From positions 124,001 to 188,000 of the forward strand of contig JBHGNT010000032.1 of the NCBI GenBank assembly GCA_043228905.1: a stretch of 64,000 bases of DNA, read 5' to 3'. The stretch is from Azolla caroliniana (Eukaryota > Plantae > Polypodiophyta). Made by a program: the position numbers and the translations under genes. Shown here one piece after another: positions 25,901 to 39,007 of the stretch. The notes under the pieces are model-generated. The model was not told the DNA's origin. It saw only the letters and a list, made by a program, of their open reading frames with translations, and did not search any database. Numbering within the stretch: the first letter of the stretch is position 1; each line of letters opens with the position of its first letter.

Positions 25901-28900
25901 ACATAAGGGCTCCTCTCAACTCCCTCCTCAAGTTTGCTATTTTCGTCATGTCTCTCGACCTGAGTTTCAAAATCTTGATTTTTTAATTCCATATCATAGC
26001 TAGCGTTTCAAGCTTCGATTTGCATGTTTGAACACAAAAATCCGATATCACACGAGCCAGGTATGAACATTTTTATTTACTCAAGGGCTCCTCTCAACTC
26101 CCTCCTCAAGTTTGCTATTTTCGTCATGTCTCTCGACCTGAGCTTCAAAATCTTGATTTTATAATTCCATATCATAGCTCGCGTTGTTGGCTTCGATTCG
26201 CATGTTTGAACACAAAAATCCGATATCACACGAGCCAGGTATGAACATTTTAATTTACTCAAGGGCTCCTCTCAACTCCCTCCTCAAGTTTGCTATTTTC
26301 GTCATGTCTCTCGACCTGAGTTTGAAATTCTTGATTTTTTAATTCCATATCATAGCTAGCGTTGTTAGCTTCGATTTGCATGTTTGAACACAAAAATCCG
26401 ATATCACACGACCCAGGTATGAACATTTTAATCTACTCAAGGGCTCCTCTCAACTCCCTCCTCAAGTTTGCTATTTTCTTCATGTCTCTCGACCTGAGTT
26501 TCAAAATCTTGATTTTTTAATTCCATATCATAGCTAGCGTTTCAAGCTTCGATTTGCATGTTTGAACACAAAAATCCGATATCACACGAGCCAGGTATGA
26601 ACATTTTAATTTACTCAAGGGCTCCTCTCAACTCCCTCCTCAAGTTTGTTATTTTCGTCATGTCTCTCGACCTGAGTTTCAAAATCTTGATTTTTTAATT
26701 CCATATCAGAGCTCGCGTTGTTGGCTTCGATTCGCATGTTTGAACACAAAAATCCGATATCACACGAGCCAGGTATGAACATTTTAATTTACTCAAGGGC
26801 TCCTCTCAACTCCCTCCTCAAGTTTGCTATTTTCGTCATGTCTCTCGACCTGAGTTTGAAATTCTTGATTTTTTAATTCCATATCATAGCTAGCGTCGTT
26901 AGCTTCGATTTGCATGTTTGAACACAAAAATCCGATATCACACGACCCAGGTATGAACATTTTAATCTACTCAAGGGCTCCTCTCAACTCCCTCCTCAAG
27001 TTTGCTATTTTCTTCATGTCTCTCGACCTGAGTTTCAAAATCTTGATTTTTTAATTCCATATCATAGCTAGCGTTTCAAGCTTCGATTTGCATGTTTGAA
27101 CACAAAAATCCGATATCACACGAGCCAGGTATGAACATTTTAATTTACTCAAGGGCTGTTCTCAACTCACTCTTCAAATTTGCTATTTTCGTCATGTCTC
27201 TCGACCTGAGTTTCAAAATCTTGATTTTATAATTCCATATCATAGCTCGCGTTGTTGGCTTCAATTCGCATGTTTGAACACAAAAATCCGATATCACACG
27301 AGCCAGGTATGAACATTTTAATTTACTCAAGGGCTCCTCTCAACTCCCTCCTCAAGTTTGCTATTTTCGTCATGTCTCTCGACCTGAGTTTGAAATTCTT
27401 GATTTTTTAATTCCATATCATAGCTAGCGTCGTTAGCTTCGATTTGCATGTTTGAACACAAAAATCCGATATCACACGACCCAGGTATGAACATTTTAAT
27501 CTACTCAAGGGCTCCTCTCAACTCCCTCCTCAAGTTTGCTATTTTCTTCATGTCTCTCGACCTGAGTTTCAAAATCTTGATTTTTTAATTCCATATCATA
27601 GCTAGCGTTTCAAGCTTCGATTTGCATGTTTGAACACAAAAATCCGATATCACACGAGCCAGGTATGAACATTTTAATTTACTCAAGGGCTCCTCTCAAC
27701 TCCCTCCTCAAGTTTGTTATTTTCGTCATGTCTCTCGACCTGAGTTTCAAAATCTTGATTTTTTAATTCCATATCATACCTCACGTAGTTGGCTTCGATT
27801 CGCATGTTTGAACACAAAAATCCGATATCACACGACCCAGGTATGAACATTTTAATTACTTAACGGCTCCTCTCAACTCCCTCCTCAAGTTTGCTATTTT
27901 CGTCATGTCTCTCGACCTGAGTTTCAAAATCTTGATTTTTTAATTCCATATCATAGCTCGCGTTGTTGGCTTCGATTCGCATGTTTGAACACAAAAATCC
28001 GATATCACACGAGCCAGGTATGAACATTTTAATTTACTCAAGGGCTCCTCTCAACTCCCTCCTCAAGTTTGCTATTTTCGTCATGTATCTCGACCTGAGT
28101 TTGAAATTCTTGATTTTTTAATTCCATATCATAGCTAGCGTCGTTAGCTTCGATTTGCATGTTTGAACACAAAAATCCGATATCACACGACCCAGGTATG
28201 AACATTTTAATCTACTCAAGGGCTCCTCTCAACTCCCTCCTCAAGTTTGCTATTTTCGTCATGTCTCTCGACCTGAGTTTCAAAATCTTGATTTTTTAAT
28301 TCCATATCATACCTCACGTAGTTGGCTTCGATTCGCATGTTTGAACACAAAAAGCCGATATCACACGAGCCAGGTATGAACATTTTAATTACTTAAGGGC
28401 TCCTCTCAACTCCCTCCTCAAGTTTGCTATTTTCGTCATGTCTCTCGACCTGAGTTTCAAAATCTTGATTTTTTAATTCCATATCATACCTCACGTAGTT
28501 GGCTTCGATTCGCATGTTTGAACACAAAAATCCGATATCACACGAGCCAGGTATGAACATTTTAATTAACTCAAGGGCTGTTCTCAACTCACTCCTCAAA
28601 TTTGCTATTTTCGTCATGTCTCTCGACCTGAGTTTCAAAATCTTGATTTTTTAATTCCATATCATAGCTCGCGTTGTTGGCTTCGATTCGCATGTTTGAA
28701 CACAAAAATCCGATATCACACGAGCCAGGTATGAACATTTTAATTTACTCAAGGGCTCCTCTCAACTCCCTCCTCAAGTTTGCTATTTTCGTCATGTCTC
28801 TCGACCTGAGTTTGAAATTCTTGATTTTTTAATTCCATATCATAGCTAGCGTTGTTAGCTTCGATTTGCATGTTTGAACACAAAAATCCGATATCACACG

Positions 28901-31900
28901 ACCCAGGTATGAACATTTTAATCTACTCAAGGGCTCCTCTCAACTCCCTCCTCAAGTTTGCTATTTTCTTCATGTCTCTCGACCTGAGTTTCAAAATCTT
29001 GATTTTTTAATTCCATATCATACCTCACGTAGTTGGCTTCGATTCGCATGTTTGAACACAAAAATCCGATATCACACGAGCCAGGTATGAACATTTTAAT
29101 TAACTCAAGGGCTGTTCTCAACTCACTCCTCAAATTTGCTATTTTCGTCATGTCTCTCGACCTGAGTTTCAAAATCTTGATTTTTTAATTCCATATCATA
29201 GCTCGCGTTGTTGGCTTCGATTCGCATGTTTGAACACAAAAATCCGATATCACACGAGCCAGGTATGAACATTTTAATTTACTCAAGGGCTCCTCTCAAC
29301 TCCCTCCTCAAGTTTGCTATTTTCGTCATGTCTCTCGACCTGAGTTTGAAATTCTTGATTTTTTAATTCCATATCATAGCTAGCGTTGTTAGCTTCGATT
29401 TGCATGTTTGAACACAAAAATCCGATATCACACGACCCAGGTATGAACATTTTAATCTACTCAAGGGCTCCTCTCAACTCCCTCCTCAAGTTTGCTATTT
29501 TCTTCATGTCTCTCGACCTGAGTTTCAAAATCTTGATTTTTTAATTCCATATCATAGCTAGCGTTTCAAGCTTCGATTTGCATGTTTGAACACAAAAATC
29601 CGATATCACACGAGCCAGGTATGAACATTTTAATTTACTCAAGGGCTCCTCTCAACTCCCTCCTCAAGTTTGTTATTTTCGTCATGTCTCTCGACCTGAG
29701 TTTCAAAATCTTGATTTTTTAATTCCATATCATACCTCACGTAGTTGGCTTCGATTCGCATGTTTGAACACAAAAATCCGATATCACACGAGCCAGGTAT
29801 GAACATTTTAATTTACTCAAGGGCTCCTCTCAACTCCCTCCTCAAGTTTGCTATTTTCGTCATGTATCTCGACCTGAGTTTGAAATTCTTGATTTTTTAA
29901 TTGCATATCTTAGCTAGCGTTGTTAGCTTCGATTCGCATGTTTGAACACAAAAATCCGATATCACACGAGCCAGGTATGAACATTTTAATTTACTCAAGG
30001 GCTCCTCTCAACTCCCTCCTCAAGTTTGCTATTTTCGTCATGTCTCTCGACCTGAGTTTCAAAATCTTGATTTTATAATTCCATATCATAGCTCGCGTTG
30101 TTGGCTTCAATTCGCATGTTTGAACACAAAAATCCGATATCACACGAGCCAGGTATGAACATTTTAATTTACTCAAGGGCTCCTCTCAACTCCCTCCTCA
30201 AGTTTGCTATTTTCGTCATGTCTCTCGACCTGAGTTTGAAATTCTTGATTTTTTAATTCCATATCATAGCTAGCGTCGTTAGCTTCGATTTGCATGTTTG
30301 AACACAAAAATCCGATATCACACGAGCCAGGTATGAACATTTTAATCTACTCAAGGGCTCCTCTCAACTCCCTTCTCAAGTTTGCTATTTTCTTCATGTC
30401 TCTCGACCTGAGTTTCAAAATCTTGATTCTTTAATTCCATATCATAGCTAGCGTTTCAAGCTTCGATTTGCATGTTTGAACACAAAAATCCGATATCACA
30501 CGAGCCAGGTATGAACACTTTAATTTACTCAAGGGCTCCTCTCAACTCCCTCCTCAAGTTTGCTATTTTCGTCATGTCTCTTGACCTGAGTTTCAAAATC
30601 TTGATTTTTTAATTTCATATCATACCTCACGTAGTTGGCTTCGATTCGCATGTTTGAACACAAAAATCCGATATCACACGAGCCAGGTATGAACATTTTA
30701 ATTACTTGAGGGCTCCTCTCAACTCCCTCCTCAAGTTTGCTATTTTCGTCATGTCTCTTGACCTGAGTTTCAAAATCTTGATTTTTTAATTTCATATCAT
30801 ACCTCACGTAGTTGGCTTCGATTCGCATGTTTGAACACAAAAATCCGATATCACACGACCCAGGTATGAACATTTTAATCTACTCAAGGGCTCCTCTCAA
30901 CTCCCTCCTCAAGTTTGCTATTTTCATCTTGTCTCTCGACCTGAGTTTCAAAATCTTGATTTTTTAATTCCATATCATAGCTCGCGTTGTTGGCTTCGAT
31001 TCGCATGTTTGAACACAAAAATCCGATATCACACGAGCCAGGTATGAACATTTTAATTTACTCAAGGGCTCCTCTCAACTCCCTGCTCAAGTTTGCTATT
31101 TTCGTCATGTCTCTCGACCTGAGTTTGAAATTCTTGATTTTTTAATTCCATATCATAGCTAGCGTTGTTAGCTTCGATTTGCATGTTTGAACACAAAAAT
31201 CCGATATCACACGACCCAGGTATGAACATTTTAATCTACTCAAGGGCTCCTCTCAACTCCCTCCTCAAGTTTGCTATTTTCTTCATGTCTCTCGACCTGA
31301 GTTTCAAAATCTTGATTTTTTAATTCCATATCATAGCTAGCGTTTCAAGCTTCGATTTGCATGTTTGAACACAAAAATCCGATATCACACGAGCCAGGTA
31401 TGAACATTTTAATTTACTCAAGGGCTCCTCTCAACTCCCTCCTCAAGTTTGTTATTTTCGTCATGTCTCTCGACCTGAGTTTCAAAATCTTGATTTTTTA
31501 ATTCCATATCATACCTCACGTAGTTGGCTTCGATTCGCATGTTTGAACACAAAAATCCGATATCACACGAGCCAGGTATGAACATTTTAATTTACTCAAG
31601 GGCTCCTCTCAACTCCCTCCTCAAGTTTGCTATTTTCGTCATGTATCTCGACCTGAGTTTGAAATTCTTGATTTTTTAATTGCATATCTTAGCTAGCGTT
31701 GTTAGCTTCGATTCGCATGTTTGAACACAAAAATCCGATATCACACGAGCCAGGTATGAACATTTTAATTTACTCAAGGGCTGTTCTCAACTCACTCTTC
31801 AAATTTGCTATTTTCGTCATGTCTCTCGACCTGAGTTTCAAAATCTTGATTTTATAATTCCATATCATAGCTCGCGTTGTTGGCTTCAATTCGCATGTTT

Positions 31901-34900
31901 GAACACAAAAATCCGATATCAGACGAGCCAGGTATGAACATTTTAATTTACTCAAGGGCTCCTCTCAACTCCCTCCTCAAGTTTGCTATTTTCGTCATGT
32001 ATCTCGACCTGAGTTTGAAATTCTTGATTTTTTAATTGCATATCTTAGCTAGCGTTGTTAGCTTCGATTCGCATGTTTGAACACAAAAATCCGATATCAC
32101 ACGAGCCAGGTATGAACATTTTAATTTACTCAAGGGCTCCTCTCAACTCCCTCCTCAAGTTTGCTATTTTCGTCATGTCTCTCGACCTGAGTTTCAAAAT
32201 CTTGATTTTATAATTCCATATCATAGCTCGCGTTGTTGGCTTCAATTCGCATGTTTGAACACAAAAATCCGATATCACACGAGCCAGGTATGAACATTTT
32301 AATTTACTCAAGGGCTCCTCTCAACTCCCTCCTCAAGTTTGCTATTTTCGTCATGTCTCTCGACCTGAGTTTGAAATTCTTGATTTTTTAATTCCATATC
32401 ATAGCTAGCGTCGTTAGCTTCGATTTGCATGTTTGAACACAAAAATCCGATATCACACGAGCCAGGTATGAACATTTTAATCTACTCAAGGGCTCCTCTC
32501 AACTCCCTTCTCAAGTTTGCTATTTTCTTCATGTCTCTCGACCTGAGTTTCAAAATCTTGATTCTTTAATTCCATATCATAGCTAGCGTTTCAAGCTTCG
32601 ATTTGCATGTTTGAACACAAAAATCCGATATCACACGAGCCAGGTATGAACACTTTAATTTACTCAAGGGCTCCTCTCAACTCCCTCCTCAAGTTTGCTA
32701 TTTTCGTCATGTCTCTTGACCTGAGTTTCAAAATCTTGATTTTTTAATTTCATATCATACCTCACGTAGTTGGCTTCGATTCGCATGTTTGAACACAAAA
32801 ATCCGATATCACACGAGCCAGGTATGAACATTTTAATTACTTGAGGGCTCCTCTCAACTCCCTCCTCAAGTTTGCTATTTTCGTCATGTCTCTTGACCTG
32901 AGTTTCAAAATCTTGATTTTTTAATTTCATATCATACCTCACGTAGTTGGCTTCGATTCGCATGTTTGAACACAAAAATCCGATATCACACGACCCAGGT
33001 ATGAACATTTTAATCTACTCAAGGGCTCCTCTCAACTCCCTCCTCAAGTTTGCTATTTTCATCTTGTCTCTCGACCTGAGTTTCAAAATCTTGATTTTTT
33101 AATTCCATATCATAGCTCGCGTTGTTGGCTTCGATTCGCATGTTTGAACACAAAAATCCGATATCACACGAGCCAGGTATGAACATTTTAATTTACTCAA
33201 GGGCTCCTCTCAACTCCCTGCTCAAGTTTGCTATTTTCGTCATGTCTCTCGACCTGAGTTTGAAATTCTTGATTTTTTAATTCCATATCATAGCTAGCGT
33301 TGTTAGCTTCGATTTGCATGTTTGAACACAAAAATCCGATATCACACGACCCAGGTATGAACATTTTAATCTACTCAAGGGCTCCTCTCAACTCCCTCCT
33401 CAAGTTTGCTATTTTCTTCATGTCTCTCGACCTGAGTTTCAAAATCTTGATTTTTTAATTCCATATCATAGCTAGCGTTTCAAGCTTCGATTTGCATGTT
33501 TGAACACAAAAATCCGATATCACACGAGCCAGGTATGAACATTTTAATTTACTCAAGGGCTCCTCTCAACTCCCTCCTCAAGTTTGTTATTTTCGTCATG
33601 TCTCTCGACCTGAGTTTCAAAATCTTGATTTTTTAATTCCATATCATACCTCACGTAGTTGGCTTCGATTCGCATGTTTGAACACAAAAATCCGATATCA
33701 CACGAGCCAGGTATGAACATTTTAATTTACTCAAGGGCTCCTCTCAACTCCCTCCTCAAGTTTGCTATTTTCGTCATGTATCTCGACCTGAGTTTGAAAT
33801 TCTTGATTTTTTAATTGCATATCTTAGCTAGCGTTGTTAGCTTCGATTCGCATGTTTGAACACAAAAATCCGATATCACACGAGCCAGGTATGAACATTT
33901 TAATTTACTCAAGGGCTGTTCTCAACTCACTCTTCAAATTTGCTATTTTCGTCATGTCTCTCGACCTGAGTTTCAAAATCTTGATTTTATAATTCCATAT
34001 CATAGCTCGCGTTGTTGGCTTCAATTCGCATGTTTGAACACAAAAATCCGATATCAGACGAGCCAGGTATGAACATTTTAATTTACTCAAGGGCTCCTCT
34101 CAACTCCCTCCTCAAGTTTGCTATTTTCGTCATGTCTCTCGACCTGAGTTTGAAATTCTTGATTTTTTAATTCCATATCATAGCTAGCGTCGTTAGCTTC
34201 GATTTGCATGTTTGAACACAAAAATCCGATATCACACGACCCAGGTATGAACATTTTAATCTACTCAAAGGCTCCTCTCAACTCCCTTCTCAAGTTTGCT
34301 ATTTTCTTCATGTCTCTCGACCTGAGTTTCAAAATCTTGATTCTTTAATTCCATATCATAGCTAGCGTTTCAAACTTCGATTTGCATGTTTGAACACAAA
34401 AATCCGATATCACACGAGCCAGGTATGAACACTTTAATTTACTCAAGGGCTCCTCTCAACTCCCTCCTCAAGTTTGCTATTTTCGTCATGTCTCTTGACC
34501 TGAGTTTCAAAATCTTGATTTTTTAATTCCATATCATACCTCACGTAGTTGGCTTCGATTCGCATGTTTGAACACAAAAATCCGATATCACACGAGCCAG
34601 GTATGAACATTTTAATTACATAAGGGCTCCTCTCAACTCCCTCCTCAAGTTTGCTATTTTCGTCATGTCTCTCGACCTGAGTTTCAAAATCTTGATTTTT
34701 TAATTCCATATCATAGCTAGCGTTTCAAGCTTCGATTTGCATGTTTGAACACAAAAATCCGATATCACACGAGCCAGGTATGAACATTTTTATTTACTCA
34801 AGGGCTCCTCTCAACTCCCTCCTCAAGTTTGCTATTTTCGTCATGTCTCTCGACCTGAGCTTCAAAATCTTGATTTTATAATTCCATATCATAGCTCGCG

Positions 34901-35079
34901 TTGTTGGCTTCGATTCGCATGTTTGAACACAAAAATCCGATATCACACGAGCCAGGTATGAACATTTTAATTTACTCAAGGGCTCCTCTCAACTCCCTCC
35001 TCAAGTTTGCTATTTTCGTCATGTCTCTCGACCTGAGTTTGAAATTCTTGATTTTTTAATTCCATATCATAGCTAGCGT
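19580..35079. repeat. Tandem 37-monomer duplication (6582 bp); the second copy carries an extra 12-mer
   Basis: Offsets 20563/27145, 21811/28393, 22345/28927, 23409/29991, 23947/30529 and 25188/31770 equal 6582. Then 25726/34443 and 26077/34794 equal 8717 (6582+2135). The private variant CAAAGGC occurs at 25552 and 34269. Confidence 0.88.
29788..34135. repeat. Tandem 12-monomer duplication (2135 bp)
   Basis: Offsets 29991/32126, 30529/32664 and 31770/33905 equal 2135. The GATATCAGACG variant occurs at 31922 and 34057. The junction lies within 31923-32000. Confidence 0.9.
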
Positions 35080-37174
35080 CGTTAGCTTCGATTTGCATGT
35101 TTGAACACAAAAATCCGATATCACACGACCCAGGTATGAACATTTTAATCTACTCAAGGGCTCCTCTCAACTCCCTCCTCAAGTTTGCTATTTTCATCTT
35201 GTCTCTCGACCTGAGTTTCAAAATCTTGATTCTTTAATTCCATATCATAGCTCGCGTTGTTGGCTTCGATTTGCATGTTTGAACACAAAAATCCGATATC
35301 ACACGAGCCAGGTATGAACATTTTAATTTACTCAAGGGCTCCTCTCAACTCCCTCCTCAAGTTTGCTATTTTCGTCATGTCTCTCGACCTGAGTTTCAAA
35401 ATCTTGATTTTTTAATTCCATATCATACCTCACGTAGTTGGCTTCGATTCGCATGTTTGAACACAAAAAGCCGATATCACACGAGCCAGGTATGAACATT
35501 TTAATTACTTAAGGGCTCCTCTCAACTCCCTCCTCAAGTTTGCTATTTTCGTCATGTCTCTCGACCTGAGTTTCAAAATCTTGATTTTTTAATTCCATAT
35601 CATACCTCACGTAGTTGGCTTCGATTCGCATGTTTGAACACAAAAATCCGATATCACACGAGCCAGGTATGAACATTTTAATTAACTCAAGGGCTGTTCT
35701 CAACTCACTCCTCAAATTTGCTATTTTCGTCATGTCTCTCGACCTGAGTTTCAAAATCTTGATTTTTTAATTCCATATCATAGCTCGCGTTGTTGGCTTC
35801 GATTCGCATGTTTGAACACAAAAATCCGATATCACACGAGCCAGGTATGAACATTTTAATTTACTCAAGGGCTCCTCTCAACTCCCTCCTCAAGTTTGCT
35901 ATTTTCGTCATGTCTCTCGACCTGAGTTTCAAAATCTTGATTTTTTAATTCCATATCATAGCTAGCGTTTCAAGCTTCGATTTGCATGTTTGAACACAAA
36001 AATCCGATATCACACGAGCCAGGTATGAACATTTTAATTTACTCAAGGGCTCCTCTCAACTCCCTCCTCAAGTTTGTTATTTTCGTCATGTCTCTCGACC
36101 TGAGTTTCAAAATCTTGATTTTTTAATTCCATATCAGAGCTCGCGTTGTTGGCTTCGATTCGCATGTTTGAACACAAAAATCCGATATCACACGAGCCAG
36201 GTATGAACATTTTAATTTACTCAAGGGCTCCTCTCAACTCCCTCCTCAAGTTTGCTATTTTCGTCATGTCTCTCGACCTGAGTTTGAAATTCTTGATTTT
36301 TTAATTCCATATCATAGCTAGCGTCGTTAGCTTCGATTTGCATGTTTGAACACAAAAATCCGATATCACACGACCCAGGTATGAACATTTGAATCTACTC
36401 AAGGGCTCCTCTCAACTCCCTCCTCAAGTTTGCTATTTTCATCTTGTCTCTCGACCTGAGTTTCAAAATCTTGATTCTTTAATTCCATATCATAGCTCGC
36501 GTTGTTGGCTTCGATTTGCATGTTTGAACACAAAAATCCGATATCACACGAGCCAGGTATGAACATTTTAATTTACTCAAGGGCTCCTCTCAACTCCCTC
36601 CTCAAGTTTGCTATTTTCGTCATGTCTCTCGACCTGAGTTTCAAAATCTTGATTTTTTAATTCCATATCATACCTCACGTAGTTGGCTTCGATTCGCATG
36701 TTTGAACACAAAAAGCCGATATCACACGAGCCAGGTATGAACATTTTAATTACTTAAGGGCTCCTCTCAACTCCCTCCTCAAGTTTGCTATTTTCGTCAT
36801 GTCTCTCGACCTGAGTTTCAAAATCTTGATTTTTTAATTCCATATCATACCTCACGTAGTTGGCTTCGATTCGCATGTTTGAACACAAAAATCCGATATC
36901 ACACGAGCCAGGTATGAACATTTTAATTAACTCAAGGGCTGTTCTCAACTCACTCCTCAAATTTGCTATTTTCGTCATGTCTCTCGACCTGAGTTTCAAA
37001 ATCTTGATTTTTTAATTCCATATCATAGCTCGCGTTGTTGGCTTCGATTCGCATGTTTGAACACAAAAATCCGATATCACACGAGCCAGGTATGAACATT
37101 TTAATTTACTCAAGGGCTCCTCTCAACTCCCTCCTCAAGTTTGCTATTTTCGTCATGTCTCTCGACCTGAGTTT
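34893..37174. repeat. Repeat at a 7-monomer offset (1245 bp): 34893-35929 and 36138-37174
   Basis: ORFs at 35509/36754. The TTTTCATCTTG + GATTCTTT haplotype occurs at 35196 and 36441. Confidence 0.8.
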
Positions 37175-39007
37175 GAAATTCTTGATTTTTTAATTCCATA
37201 TCATAGCTAGCGTTGTTAGCTTCGATTTGCATGTTTGAACACAAAAATCCGATATCACACGACCCAGGTATGAACATTTTAATCTACTCAAGGGCTCCTC
37301 TCAACTCCCTCCTCAAGTTTGCTATTTTCTTCATGTCTCTCGACCTGAGTTTCAAAATCTTGATTTTTTAATTCCATATCATAGCTAGCGTTTCAAGCTT
37401 CGATTTGCATGTTTGAACACAAAAATCCGATATCACACGAGCCAGGTATGAACATTTTAATTTACTCAAGGGCTCCTCTCAACTCCCTCCTCAAGTTTGT
37501 TATTTTCGTCATGTCTCTCGACCTGAGTTTCAAAATCTTGATTTTTTAATTCCATATCAGAGCTCGCGTTGTTGGCTTCGATTCGCATGTTTGAACACAA
37601 AAATCCGATATCACACGAGCCAGGTATGAACATTTTAATTTACTCAAGGGCTCCTCTCAACTCCCTCCTCAAGTTTGCTATTTTCGTCATGTCTCTCGAC
37701 CTGAGTTTGAAATTCTTGATTTTTTAATTCCATATCATAGCTAGCGTTGTTAGCTTCGATTTGCATGTTTGAACACAAAAATCCGATATCACACGACCCA
37801 GGTATGAACATTTTAATCTACTCAAGGGCTCCTCTCAACTCCCTCCTCAAGTTTGCTATTTTCTTCATGTCTCTCAACCTGAGTTTCAAAATCTTGATTT
37901 TTTAATTCCATATCATAGCTAGCGTTTCAAGCTTCGATTTGCATGTTTGAACACAAAAATCCGATATCACACGAGCCAGGTATGAACATTTTAATTTACT
38001 CAAGGGCTCCTCTCAACTCCCTCCTCAAGTTTGTTATTTTCGTCATGTCTCTCGACCTGAGTTTCAAAATCTTGATTTTTTAATTCCATATCATACCTCA
38101 CGTAGTTGGCTTCGATTCGCATGTTTGAACACAAAAATCCGATATCACACGAGCCAGGTATGAACATTTTAATTACTTAAGGGCTCCTCTCAACTCCCTC
38201 CTCAAGTTTGCTATTTTCGTCATGTCTCTCGACCTGAGTTTCAAAATGTTGATTTTTTAATTCCATATCATAGCTAGCGTTGTTGGCTTCGATTCGCATG
38301 TTTGAACACAAAAATCCGATATCACACGAGCCAGGTATGAACATTTTAATTTACTCAAGGGCTCCTCTCAACTCCCTCCTCAAGTTTGCTATTTTCGTCA
38401 TGTATCTCGACCTGAGTTTGAAATTCTTGATTTTTTAATTCCATATCATAGCTAGCGTCGTTAGCTTCGATTTGCATGTTTGAACACAAAAATCCGATAT
38501 CACACGACCCAGGTATGAACATTTTAATCTACTCAAGGGCTCCTCTCAACTCCCTCCTCAAGTTTGCTATTTTCATCATGTCTCTCGACCTGAGTTTCAA
38601 AATCTTGATTTTTTAATTCCATATCATAGCTAGCGTTTCAAGCTTCGATTTGCATGTTTGAACACAAAAATCCGATATCACACGAGCTAGGTATGAACAT
38701 TTTAATTTACTCAAGGGCTCCTCTCAACTCCCTCCTCAAGTTTGCTATTTTCGTCATGTCTCTCGACCTGAGCTTGAAATTCTTGATTTTTTAATTCCAT
38801 ATCATAGCTAGCGTCGTTAGCTTCGATTTGCATGTTTGAACACAAAAATCCGATATCACACGACCCAGGTATGAACATTTTAATCTACTCAAGGGCTCCT
38901 CTCAATTCCCTTCTCAAGTTTGCTATTTTCTTCATGTCTCTCGACCTGAGTTTCAAAATCTTGATTCTTTAATTCCATATCATAGCTAGCGTTTCAAGCT
39001 TCGATTT

